A stretch of DNA of 61,557 nucleotides, counting the filler, from Choristocarpus tenellus KU-1152 (lineage: Eukaryota; Protista; Phaeophyceae): the NCBI GenBank assembly GCA_964200185.2. It is 11 parts of 11 records of this genome, joined end to end, with 100 filler letters (N's around TTAATTAATTAA, not from the genome) between each part and the next. Parts side by side here need not be neighbours in the genome. Positions count along the whole stretch, not along the records: positions 46,041 to 51,220 come from CAXNAD020011598.1; positions 51,321 to 55,894 come from CAXNAD020013956.1; positions 55,995 to 58,559 come from CAXNAD020026725.1; positions 58,660 to 61,557 come from CAXNAD020023812.1; 7 more parts are not named here. One strand, given 5' to 3'. The notes under the pieces are model-generated. The model saw only the letters and a list, made by a program, of their open reading frames with translations, made no database searches and was not told the DNA's origin. This document shows, one piece after another, positions 49,406 to 61,413 of this stretch (position 1 is the first letter of the stretch; every line of letters begins with the position of its first letter). A program made the position numbers and the translations under genes.

Positions 49406-51708
49406 TACTTTCCCCTCAACCCCACTCACCCCACACCATTCACCACCACTTTCCCCTCAACTCCACTCACCCCCACTCAACCCCACGCCACTTTCTACTC
49501 CCCTACACCATTCACCACCACTCACCCCCACAATACTTTCCCCCACTTCCCGCTTCACCACACCATTCCACACTACTCAACCCCACTCCACAATCATCCA
49601 AGAACACCCCTGTGAACTAGAAGACATTGACCCCGCCTGAACATGACCTCCCTTCCCCTGTTCCCAGCATCCCAGTCGGTCGTGAGCAATTGAAAGGGTG
49701 GGTGGGCGGGATAGATTGCTCGCAGGTTAGCTTGTTCTAGCCTTGCTTGTCCTGTCCCGCCAACCTCAGGTTTTCTTGGGTTTCTGACCCATCCCCTCTT
49801 ACCTCGTGCCTCCACCTACCACCCATATTTTTCTTTTACTTCTCTCCTCCCTCTCTCTTCTGTCTCCTAACCACTCAGTCCTTAACTCTTCGTTCATTCC
49901 ACCCATATTTTACTGTTATCCCAATCATCCCTCTGTTCCCCATAGAGGTCACTCCTACCAGAATTTTCCAACCCAGAAAACTCAGATTACTTCATAAACT
50001 TCCCCTTTTCTAGCAAATAATACAGAGTTGTACTGCACTTCGAAAGGATTTCAATGTATGTCCAGAGCAAAATGTTGTGAGGGGGGGAAGAAAGAATATA
50101 CAATACAAGATCATACACAAAGTAAAAACCTAAAAATATAAAGAGCAAACTGTATTTCTTACTACACAGTGTTGATACAAACAACGACCTTCCTGTACAA
50201 TTTTCAGCAGTTTATTCAAAAATTAATGTATGTACCGAGAATAAATAAGCACATAATACCAGGATTAAATAAACACAACACCACTACCTAATGGTGGCTA
50301 TGTGAATCCTAGCCCTGTTTCTTGTTATTAATAATGACTAACCACGAACCAAACTGTGTTTTTGCACTACGGCCAATTGATTTAATTGTCCGTGTGTGCC
50401 TTAATACCTATACACGGACTGAGTTCAGTCATCCACTAGTTGTCGTTCCACTCCCTCCCTCCAATCTTTTGTGTATAGCACTCGCCTAGCCGCAACAAAG
50501 AATTGCCGTCACCGCAATTCAGGTTTTAGGCATTTTTTGTGGTTTAGCGACAGACAGACAAACATAGAGGTATGGGTAAGATGTACCTTTCTGTGGTGCT
50601 TGCTATATTACCCAACGAAACCAGATTGACAGGAAGAATGCAAAGGTAGTTTTGTGTATTACTTACGGATACGTACATCATACTACCACTACTTTGTGCT
50701 CACTGGCATTATTTGCAGCTAGCTGGGCACTTTCAAGGAGGAGATATGGATAGGAAACATACTATGAAACACATATCAATGTCAGGGAACAAACCAACAG
50801 AATAGCTACATAGAGAGTTTTTTGGAGCTAATACTGCTCACTAGAAAGGAAGGCTTCTACAGAATACAACGGTGTCGTTTTTGTTGCATTATTACTATGA
50901 GAAGAAACAGGCATTAGGTGATGCACCATCCAGCTGTATTGCTTGCTTGACTAGCTACCGCATGAAGGCCGTGCAGAAAAAAATGGAAGAATCCTAGCAG
51001 GGGTCAAGTCAGCCCCTGCTTACAGACCCAGTGTCTCGAACATAAAGCCCAGTATGATTCATCTTGATAGGGCTACTTAATATGCTGTTACTTCTGGCAC
51101 AGTCTATGGCAGGTAGGTGTGCCTTCATCTTCCACTTCCTGTTAAACCCCCCTGCCCCCCCCCCCCCCCCCCCCCCCTCCCCCTCTCCCCCCCCCCCCCC
51201 CCCCCCCCCCAACCCCCCCCNNNNNNNNNNNNNNNNNNNNNNNNNNNNNNNNNNNNNNNNNNNNTTAATTAATTAANNNNNNNNNNNNNNNNNNNNNNNN
51301 NNNNNNNNNNNNNNNNNNNNACCATTAGGTTCAGACTCAAGGTGCTTCAAGCCGTCAAAGTAGGGGTCTTTTGGGGTGATTTTGAGACCAGAACTGGGCA
51401 CTTCGAGGGTCAGAACATTGACATGAAGTTGACATAGCAACCCCCCCGTCGACTCCCCTGTGTAGGAAGGGTGCCCAAGTGTCCCTAACCCTACCAGGGT
51501 TGTGCTTGCAGTGCGGCACACCCTCACAATGATCCCTAACCCTGGTGAGCATTAAATGCCACAACATGTTGGGCTGGCCTTTGCAGCGAAGTTTGGAGTG
51601 TCTGAGCATTACATGTGAGGGTTCTGGGAGCGTGGTCACATGCTTGACCTAGGGGTGGTGGGATGTAGTGGGCGGCCTTCGGAGCTTACACCAATCAAGA
51701 TGGCCGCG

Positions 51709-51773
51709 ATACATAGTATCAATACATAGTATCAATACATAGTATCAATACATAGTATCAATACATAGTATCA
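51709..51773. repeat. Perfect 13-bp tandem repeat x5 (ATACATAGTATCA)
   Basis: Five exact copies. Confidence 0.95.
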
Positions 51774-51899
51774 ACTCCAATAATCGGTCATTCACAGTGA
51801 GTCAGGTGACAATGAAGATGGCCACCAAGGGGCTGAATTATAGCACAAGCACCATAAACAGGTGGTTGGATGATATGGGGGCCATGACGAATCGCCGCT

Positions 51900-52740
51900 G
51901 GATCAAACAAACCCAAGCTTAAATCGCGACAAAAGATATGGACAGTGGACTTTGTTTGCAATCAAGTGGACCGGAAACATGGTGTGTACACCTCCATGGC
52001 AAACACGATCCATTTGGATGAAACCTGGTCTTACCTGATGGCCGATATGGCCAATGGGAAAAGGGTTAGGGTGTTTCCGCATGAGGATGACAGCGACCTT
52101 CCAGGGCCCTCCCCCTACTGTGCAGCACAAGAGTCATATCCCCCAAACCTTGATCATTGCAGCCAACGCTTGTCCAGATTCAGCTCACAGCTTCGATGGA
52201 AAACTTGGTGTTTGGTGTGTGTATGCGCCAACAACAGCAGACAGGACAAGCAAGAACCATAACAAGGGGAATGTGTATGAGCAGGACTGTACTTTAGACC
52301 ATTTGTGGTACAGGAAGTGGTACACGAAGGAGTTTCTGCCTACAATGAAGACCAAGATGCCTTGGTTGCAGGGGAAGCACTTTGTTGCTCAGTAAGATGG
52401 TGCCACCCCCCACACGGGCAAGGGCAACTCAGAAATCTTGTCAGGGGCAGGGAAGAGTGAGGGGTGGTCGATTAGGCTTGTGACGTGGCCATTTAACTCT
52501 CCGGACCTCAATATCATGGACCTGTGCTTCTTCAGGTCTTTGAAATGGTGGGTGATGGGGGAGCGGTTTGGGTCCGTCGAGGAGATGGTGAAGGTCATTA
52601 AGAAACAGTATGAGGAGTATGATGAAACTACACTTGAGACGGCTTGGCAGCTCCTTTTTGTGGCGTACAATGAAGTACTTTACATACAAAGGGGGAAATG
52701 ACTTCAGTGTGGAGCACACAGGGGTAAGGAAGAGGCAGTT
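51900..52740 (+). mobile_element. Tc1/mariner (plant-mariner-like) transposase pseudogene with DD40D spacing
   Basis: IHLDETW, KSHIP, FDGKLGVW, RTSKN, KMPW, Q*DGATPH and NSPDLNIMDLCFF, interrupted by frameshifts and an in-frame TAA at 52393. Forty residues lie between the second and third catalytic Asp. Confidence 0.88.
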
Positions 52741-52946
52741 ATCTGGTGATTTTGAAACGCACCGAAGGTAGATATGGAGGCTTTTTCTGTGGTGATAAAA
52801 TTGTGGGGGACGGGGAGTAATGATATTAAAAAGAACTGACCCTAATCAGAAATTCGTCAAAGGATTCCAAATCTTCTTTCAGAAATGAATTTCATCAACA
52901 TGTTGAAAGGTTATGGACAGTGCAGCACAGACTTATGGCACAGAGA

Positions 52947-53046
52947 TAGTAGTAGTAATAGTAGTAGTAGAGGTAGAGGTAGTAGTAGTAGTAGTAATAG
53001 TAGTAGAGGTAGAGGTAGTAGTGGTAGTAGTAGTAATAGTAGAGGT
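52947..53046. repeat. (TAG/AGT)n imperfect microsatellite
   Basis: Visible directly; it generates spurious poly-Y and poly-L ORFs. Confidence 0.9.
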
Positions 53047-54792
53047 GAACTGTTCTGATGACACCTTTTAAAATAATATTTACTACCCTCTTTGCTTTCG
53101 ATTGGAGTATATATAGATAATTTTCGAAATAAGAACAAAAAAGGGGCATAATAAATAAGATCATTTTTCTTTTTTGTTCTGTCAACAGGCTGTTGTATTA
53201 CATTATATTATTTATTCTGAAAATAAAAAATAGGCAATGATTTTGATTTTTCTCCTATAAACAAACAAACCAATGTACATTTTTTTTTTTTGTCCAGGTG
53301 GGAAATCTCAAGTTTCTTCGAGAGTTGGGGGGTTGGTCTGGAGATGAGGAATGGGCCAAGGCGCCCCGAAGTGTGTGGATTTCTAAGGGGATGGATGGAA
53401 AGAAGCGACCAATGGGATATGTGACGGTGAGCTTCCCTCCCTCTCGTGAAGTGTGCATAGATAGACCTCACAAGAATACATAATTGTGTGAATATAATGT
53501 TTGTGCACAGGGAAGTTAGTTGTACTTACATGTATGTATGTATGTATGTATGTATATATGTGTTCTGTTTGCATTGTAGCTTTTAAAATATTGTATTTGA
53601 TTTTTTGTCACTTTTTAGATTAATGATAAAAAATAACGTAATACCAAATAAGAAATGTGAAGCCAAAACAAACCGTTGATTTTTGTGGTTAAATGGATCT
53701 TGCCCTTTTTGACTTGGGAACTAACCATCTTTTTGTCTAGTAGCTCTATACATGTCTTACTCCATATATTTATATTACCATTCTGCCATTAAAATTCCTC
53801 TCCATTGATTTTTCATTTTTCTGATATGTTATTTCCTTGGGTGTGTTGTTGGAATCGACATCATTGCCGGGGTTGCATCTGTTGTCTCTGACCTCTCTAT
53901 TATTAATTATTTTTTCTATTTTCAATTTTTGTTTTTATTTCTTAAATTTATTTTAAATATCGAAAATATGTCGACATCAGATACGGGCCTCTATATCCAT
54001 ATTAACTATTTTTCTTCCATGTAACAGTCATCCCACCCGACTGACTAACCCTAACCCTAACCCTGACATGTCCAACACCTAGCAAGAGAGTGGTTGCTAG
54101 CTACATATTACTAGTGCATTATATGTTGTCACCATAAATTAAAAAAATCGTTGTCATTGAAAGTGTTAGGGTTTCGATAGTCAGTCCTCTTTCCAATGGA
54201 CTCTAATATAATGACTAAACACAATTTTGGAAAAAAAAAAATCCCTTTTTTTTTCCTTCTGATATTCAAGATCCATTCATTCCCTATCCAATCCCAATGA
54301 GTGAAAAAGGAGGAAGCGAGGACTTTTTTTCTTTTTTTCTTATGTTTCATTCGTCAACGTCTGTCTTCTCAGAAGCTGGCCTTAACACCAGGGCTTAACT
54401 GGACCTAACTGGCCTTGGTGTATTGTTTTTGATTTCCTTGAGGTAGTGGTCAAGCAAAGAAGACAAAGTCGGTCTGGTCTGTTTGTGGGTGTGGCTGTAC
54501 GCCTGCCTGGTGTGTGTTCTTGTATTTTGGGCAGGAATGACGCAGAGACGTGTCGATACTTTTTGCCAGGATGCTTTTAATTACAAATACTAGTGTGAGC
54601 CGTTGCTATTGTGGTTACATATACTGAGTGATGTAGTGAGGTGCACTACCATGTCATTACTAGTATCACTTGGACTCCATCGGTGTTCTGAGACTTTTTT
54701 CTTTTTGTTTGTTTTAGACCTTTTTTTTTTTAAGGCTGTTTGCCCCTTGCTGCAAACATAAAAAATTAGAGTGTGTGTATTTTTTTTATCGT

Positions 54793-55008
54793 CCCTAACC
54801 CTTACCCTAACCCTTAGTAGTGTGTTATTATTGCCACCCTAACCCTAACCATTACCCCTACGCTAACCCTTATCCTTATCCTAACCCTTAGTAGTGCTAT
54901 TATTGCCACCCTAACCCTTATCCTTACCCTAACCCTTATCCTTACCCTAACCCTAACCTGTAGAAGTGCTATTATTGTCACCCTAACCCTAACCCTAACC
55001 CTAACCCT
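54793..55008. repeat. Interstitial telomere-like (CCCTAA)n higher-order repeat
   Basis: CCCTAA/CCCTTA arrays separated three times by a ~20-bp TAG(T/A)AGTG(C)TATTATTG(C/T)CA spacer. Confidence 0.85.
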
Positions 55009-55211
55009 CCACTCGCTTGTATTGCTTTGCTCGCTGAGCCTTTCTCCCCCCCCCCCCCCCCCCCCCCCCCCCTGGGGGTCCAACCCACCCGGGGGAAGCC
55101 CCTTGCCCCTCCCTTTGGTTTTTGGGGGGGGCCNNNNNNNNNNTTGTCTGCGTCTGCCCCTCTCCCCCCCCCCCCCCCCCCACCGTCTCCCGTTGTGAAT
55201 CCAGTCCGCAG

Positions 55212-55894
55212 AGGGCAACCCATTGACCTTCCTCGTGGTTCTAGGGGCTGGCCACATGGTCCCGCTGGATGTACCGGAGGCAGCCCTTGAAATGCTGGGT
55301 CGGTTTCTCAACGACCAGACCTTTGCAGACGCCTCGCAGGGTCTCAAGCAACTCCCGGTTCCAGCCTCCGGTGACGGTCCCACCCAAGGGGGGACCGCGG
55401 TTCTCTCCACGGGGAAGGCGTGCGAGGGAGACCAATTTGTGGAAGGGGTACTATCCGCCTTAGAAGGTGTAGTTGTGAGGATGCCTGTTGAAGTGGGAAC
55501 TCCTATGGTGGGTTTGAACTATGTGTTGGTGCCGTTCCAGGCCTCTTCAAAGCCTCCAGGGTTGTTGTCCAAGTTGCCGGGATTAATGGGGGGAGAAGTG
55601 CTCTCTTCAGAAGTTGTAGGAAATGTTGGGGGCGGGGGTTGGCGTCAGGATGGCTACGAGGTGGTGAGCAGCCCTGGAGGCCTGCTTGGGGTGGGGGAGG
55701 AGAGCCCTGTGAGGGTGGAGGGTCTAACTCCTGGGAAGGCGTACACATTTAGTGTCTCCGCTTTGTGGTCTTGGCATGGCAAGGATGTTGCGGGGGAGGG
55801 GGGCGAAGCCTTGTCGGAGGTGGGGTTCACGTCAACAGGTTCGTTAGGTGGTGAGGTTGTTGGTTCCGATGTGGTGGTGCCTGGGTGTGTGGAG
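55212..55894 (+). CDS. Serine carboxypeptidase (S10) C-terminal exon with catalytic His, followed by a fibronectin type III-like domain (partial)
   Basis: After a CAG acceptor: GNPLTFLVVLGAGHMVPLDVPEAALEMLGRFL (S10 GHMVP motif), then GYEVVSSPGG..GEESPVRVEGLTPGKAYTFSVSA (FN3 pattern). Cut by a linker. Confidence 0.85.
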
Positions 55895-56148
55895 NNNNNN
55901 NNNNNNNNNNNNNNNNNNNNNNNNNNNNNNNNNNNNNNTTAATTAATTAANNNNNNNNNNNNNNNNNNNNNNNNNNNNNNNNNNNNNNNNNNNNCAACGC
56001 AGGGCATACATGTGCACGGCGATCAAACGAAATTATTGCCGCCCCCCACACACTGTACTACTACCACATCCGGCACAGATTCCCATTCAAAAAGGAACAC
56101 CCTTAAAAAGTACCGCAACATTTACAAAAAATAACACATCGACACTTT

Positions 56149-56227
56149 TTCCAGGACAATTTTGGGTCAAAACTATCCTCCATAGTATTCCAGGAAAATA
56201 TTGGGTCAAACTCATCCTCCATAGTAT
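56149..56227. repeat. 39-bp tandem duplication
   Basis: TTCCAGGA.AAT.TTGGGTCAAA...ATCCTCCATAGTA occurs twice. Confidence 0.85.
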
Positions 56228-58298
56228 GCTCCATCCTCAATTTTGGAAATACACTGTTTAAACCGTGAAATTCAAGAGACCACGACCGGCAAAACATTCA
56301 GATGCCGTTGACTAATTTTTACGGATTGGTGGGGTAGGATCGCCTCTCCACCCATTGGTTTTGTCTGGGAATACACTGAGGTAGCATTTCCCACCGTAGA
56401 CCGGTAGAAGACATCAATGCCGAACTTGCAAGTATGACGGGCAGTCACCGTGACAAATTGCAGGGACAAGGGAGAACAGTTTCAGTTTTACTTCTGTTGA
56501 AGGACTACCCTCACCACATTCGTTTGAGCTCCCCTGAAGAAACTAACCATGCATTCATACTTCAACATCTGGACCTAAACAAGCATATACGTTGAGCAGT
56601 TGCAACAACAGCAGCAACAGGAGGATTGCTAGGGAGGGAAAGCAACACTAACTACTAATACCTACCTGATGCTGCAAGGACGCAACAGTCATCAGATACT
56701 TCAAGAAGATACCTTAGTAACTCATATCGATTTACATTTTCCACAAGCAGAGAGAAAAGAGTAAGAAAATAGTACAGTATAGCAGTTACTTATTTGCAAC
56801 ATAGTCTTCAGTGTTGGTCCACCAGAACCAACAGCAACGCTACCATCACCCAACACTTGTTGGACCACTAACAAGATCCGAAAAAGGTTGCAAACTGAAT
56901 GACTTTATTCTTCAGATTTATTGTTCTTTGACAAAATATAAATTAGTCCGAGGAAGGATCCCAAACCAGCCGTTTCTGTTCTAACCTGCTGTGCCTAATA
57001 TTGAAAACGACAGTATAGTAACAACTCGTCATCATATAGATATACTCCAGACTATTATTATGCCCACTGACATTTTGCCGATGTTGCTATGCAGGGAAGA
57101 ACGTCACTACTCAAAAATGTATATTTCTTTGGATTATGTATGTTTGTGTGTGTTTGTATGTATGTATTACGTATGTGTATGGTATTACTTGGACCATTAG
57201 CCAAAGCGACAAGTCATCCAACCGGCCATATTCCGGTGGTACTCAACTAATTTCAAGAGGTGTGGAACTACCATATCTGCTGCGTGATACACCAATAAGT
57301 CTATATATTTGAATCCACCACAACAGGTTGATGGCGACGACATAAGGGTAGATCAAGTGCAATGAAAGCCCTAGGAGCAAAGTTACTTACTTGAGGCTTA
57401 ATCAATTTTGAGGGGAGGGGTTCTAACAGAGAGAGTCGCCTTACACAGTAAAAAGACCTTACCATGGTCATGTTGCAAGAAAAGGTTCTTGGGGACAAAT
57501 GGTACGTATCCAAGTTGAAAGTTAGCAATCACGCATGCACTACTTAGTTGAATTCAACAGAATAGTAGTAGCCACCTTACTTTGGCGCTACTGGCCCTTA
57601 CCTTCATCCTCATTCCATCTTCTACTAGGACCTTTTCTTCCATTGATTTATCTGTCATATTCTTGGACGATCGCAAGGTCGTTATGCTTCTTTTGACAAA
57701 AATAACGTAACACCAGCACACATGAGAGCAGCTGCAAAGCTTGCATGAAGATCCCTAACACTCCATCTTCAAAAATCGTCTCACCACGTAGACACAGAGC
57801 CAGCCCTCATTCACAATTCATATTCAAAGTTAAAGCATCACCAAACCATAGGCACTCGCGTCTCCACAATCAGTCAACATCAGTCTTCCAGCGGCAGGGA
57901 GATCTGTTGCTTGTCTAAACTTCCCACAATGGTTTTTGCCCACATGTACAATCTTTTGCTTGATCATTGCTGATCTTGAGAAGACGAGATGACAAGTGTA
58001 CCAGAATGAGCCCTAAGCCCCTCCAGACTATTTGGATACCACACATCATTTCTTCCCCGTTGAAACCGCCCATTAAAATATTTACTACACTATCACTTGC
58101 CTCATTGTACGCGTTTCTATTATCAGGTCTGTGTTGCGAGTCTCAAACCCTCTCCACACAAATTGTCTTCCACCAAAATCTCCCTACTAGAGTAGGAAGA
58201 GGAAAAGGGGGGCGGCGGACAGGGTAAAAGGAAAGGGAAAAAAATCACCTCAAACAGAACCTACAAGTCCAGCAAGTTTTTACCTTTGAGCAACCACT

Positions 58299-58403
58299 CT
58301 AAACCCTGCAAAAGGTCCTCGTCGGTGTCACCACCAAGTCCAGGGGCACATCTGATGCTGCTGTAGGGACCGCTGACACTACCTGCTCATCCAGACATAC
58401 CCC
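58299..58403 (-). CDS. 5-formyltetrahydrofolate cyclo-ligase (MTHFS/YgfA family), last coding exon
   Basis: After an AAG acceptor, phase 0: GVCLDEQVVSAVPTAASDVPLDLVVTPTRTFCRV*. This matches the family C-terminal pattern G....EQ....VP....D..LD..VTP. Too short to appear in the ORF track. Confidence 0.7.
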   Translation of the reverse strand, partial: GVCLDEQVVSAVPTAASDVPLDLVVTPTRTFCRV

Positions 58404-58659
58404 CTTCCGTGATGAACCAAAAACATACATAAACGTTATGTAGGGAGGTGAGGATATGAACCAGGCGCGGAAAAAAAAAAGTCAAGAAAAAAAAAAATGA
58501 AAGAGGAAAGGGAGAAAAGATAAGACGGAGGAAATGAGCGGGAGACATGAATTCGTAAANNNNNNNNNNNNNNNNNNNNNNNNNNNNNNNNNNNNNNNNN
58601 NNNTTAATTAATTAANNNNNNNNNNNNNNNNNNNNNNNNNNNNNNNNNNNNNNNNNNNN

Positions 58660-59046
58660 GGCGATCGGTGGGACCACCCTGAGATCCCACCAATCCTGAA
58701 AATCCGTGCTTTACATTTTTCGGAAGTTGTAAATCAGATTATATCCGTGATTTCTATTTTAAAAATATCAAATTATATCAGTGATTTGTATTCTTGAAGA
58801 TACCAATCACATAATTAATTGTTATGGTACATTTCCAATGTTCCGAAATCAACTTTGTTTGATCCTCGGGCGATCGGTGGGATCACTCTGAGATCCCACC
58901 GATCCTGAAAATCCGTGTGTTACACTTTTTGGAAGTTGTAGATCAGATTATATCCGTGATTTCTATTAAAAAAAAAAATTATATCAGTGATTTGTATTTT
59001 TCAAGATACCAATCACATACTTAATTGATCTTGTATGTTTCCAATT
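58660..59046. repeat. 209-bp tandem duplication, each unit headed by a GC-rich hairpin
   Basis: Units start at 58660 and 58869. Copy 2 has perfect 13-bp arms GATCGGTGGGATC / GATCCCACCGATC (58872-58904). Confidence 0.9.
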
Positions 59047-60226
59047 TACAGTAACCAAAACGTAAAAAAACAGCTCTAACCCTCTACGTATTTGAAGTAC
59101 AAAATCTTACCAAATCGGACATATCAGTTGTCATAAACTTTGGAGTCGATAAGAAGTGCTTCTTTGGTTAAAAGTGATTAGCGCTAAGCACGAATACCCA
59201 AAGATCCACTTTACATGTGCGTTAGTGTTTTTTTAAATAGTAAACCCACTAAAAACCGTCCTAAGGGTTTTTATAAATACCAAGAACGCACTTTATGGGT
59301 CTCACATGTTTCCAATTTTCAGAAACTAAAAGAAAGAAGTATTTCCAACTGGTACCCACTATTTAATTAAATACTAAATCCGCTTTTTGGCGTCTTTAGT
59401 ATTTAAATAAGCACTAGAGACCACAAAAAAGCGGATCTATGGTATTCAAGATTAGCACTAATCTTGATTACCATTGAACACCCAAAACACGTGCGTTAGG
59501 GTTTTTACAAAATTAGAATGATATTCTAATCTTTACACCAACAAATACAGATACAAACCGCATCCTTCACATTGATCCAATACGTTTGAACGGTACGAAA
59601 CGAAAAGGTCACAAAAATACAGATACTCTCTGTCCCAGTTCAATATGAAATCGTATGCTGTTTGATATTCGTATTTTTGTAACACAATTCTCATTAAAAT
59701 GGTGAAATCTGAGTTTTGAGGATTGACAGACCAGACGACATAAAACAGCACCTCCCATCCCTCAGTCCTCAGTTCAATTCATTCCCTTCCGTAGATACCA
59801 CGCAGACCTCTTACATATCCATCCCCATCACACCCTCCCAATCTTTGCCATTTCCAACATTCCCTCAATAACAACCCACCCGCCCGCCGATGGAAATGCC
59901 CACAGATCCAGAACGCGGGACTTAACTCTGAAGGGCATGTCCCAGCTCCTAGAGCAGCACTACCTTGGCTCGTATAAGATGAAACTCACAAACATCACAT
60001 GCACAGATATGGTGCGTCCTTTAAGCGAGTGTGGCCTTGCGCGCGTGAGGAAGTCTATAAAGGAGAAAGGCTGGCTGGAGCAGTTTGCTCCAAGTGTTGT
60101 CATCCAGAATGTTTAGGTAGTGTGGGTCAGCTCAACGCCAAAACTGCGCTTGCCATTGAAGGGCGTGTATTGGACGGAAACCATAGAGTAATGGTGCTGA
60201 AGAGAGCGTTTGATCCCCAGCGTGCT

Positions 60227-60283
60227 TTCACCATGCGGATCTACATTCACCATGCGGATCTACATTCACCATGCGGATCTACA
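60227..60283. repeat. Perfect 19-bp tandem repeat x3 (TTCACCATGCGGATCTACA)
   Basis: Three exact copies. A further ~61-bp-period duplication follows at about 60336-60440. Confidence 0.92.
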
Positions 60284-61189
60284 TGGAGTTCAACCAAGCA
60301 GAAGAGAGGTTAATTGCCAACGGTGGATGATGAAGTGTTTTCGTTGTTCCATAATCGCCTGACCGTTCTGATCAACTAAGGACCGAAGTAAGTTGAGTGT
60401 TTTCGTTGTTCCATGATCGCCTGATGACTATTCTGATATACGAAGTTGTTGCCGAGTTTCCCTTGCTATGTTCATTGTCAGTCAGTCCATTGTGGATCTT
60501 TTCGTTGCTCATCTTTTTTATCCCTCGCGGTATTCCTGTCCACAGCAACATGTTTCTCAGTGCCGCAGGCCGCGTGTGTCCTGCAATCCCTCCCCACCTA
60601 ACCCTTGTCCCGTCATAATGTCCTCCTTCCCCGCACGAACAAAAACAAACGTGCTGCAGGACACCACAATATCTTTAATCAATGCCGGAATAACCCATAC
60701 ATATGTGACAAAACCTTATCGCATGGCTTACCCACTTCACTGCCACATTGTTGGACTATCACATGTACGCACATGATGTTCCAGGTATCCACGTCTCTTG
60801 TTCAAGAACGCGTGATAGACCCTTCCTGCCTGCCGGAAGACTTGGGACAGACCCTTGTCCCAATGGAGACGGAGCGATGTTTTGCTGAGGCCGTCCATCC
60901 TTAGGGAAAGGCAATGGGACGCGATGAGGCGACCATATTCGTTGCGAAGACGGTGGCGGCGGACTTCGGCTACCAGATCGAGGTGAATGTGGTATAGAAT
61001 GCGCGCTAACTTACGTATTTTGTGAAGATCGAACGGCAGAGTTTAGTTACCGGCACGTAGGAAAGACTATTTTTTTAAATTCCCGAGTCCTAACCTACCT
61101 AACACGGCACCCAAATACGGTCGTGTGCAACAATATGGGCCTTACAGGTAAGTATGAGTGAAACTATCTCAGAGGGTACGATTTTTTCC

Positions 61190-61413
61190 CTGTTTGTCCA
61201 TTTGGGGCTTGGCTTCTCACAGGTTTTAAATGACATTCTACCCACTCCAAAATGTCTTGGAGTAGATATAATGTATACAGTATGAAAAGAAGAGTCCAGA
61301 ACAAGGATAATTGACATCTCCTAACAACATGATAGCCAAAATTACATCAAAATTTCAACATTAGATTTTGGTCCCAAATGGACGCGGCTCTACCCTCTAA
61401 GATACTTTGGCTC
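61190..61413. mobile_element. Diverged relative of MITE family A
   Basis: TGTCCATTTGG near 61194 and CCAAATGGAC..AGATACTTTGG near 61374-61410 occur in the same order as in family A. Confidence 0.5.

Noticed and set aside
54814-55410. 198-aa minus-strand ORF with VRVRVR repeats
   Set aside because: It is a translation of telomere-like repeats and the antisense of the carboxypeptidase exon, and it spans an N gap.
60415-60455. CTGATGA motif suggesting a hammerhead ribozyme (also at 12655, 13321 and 15850)
   Set aside because: None has a properly placed GAAA core or flanking helices.
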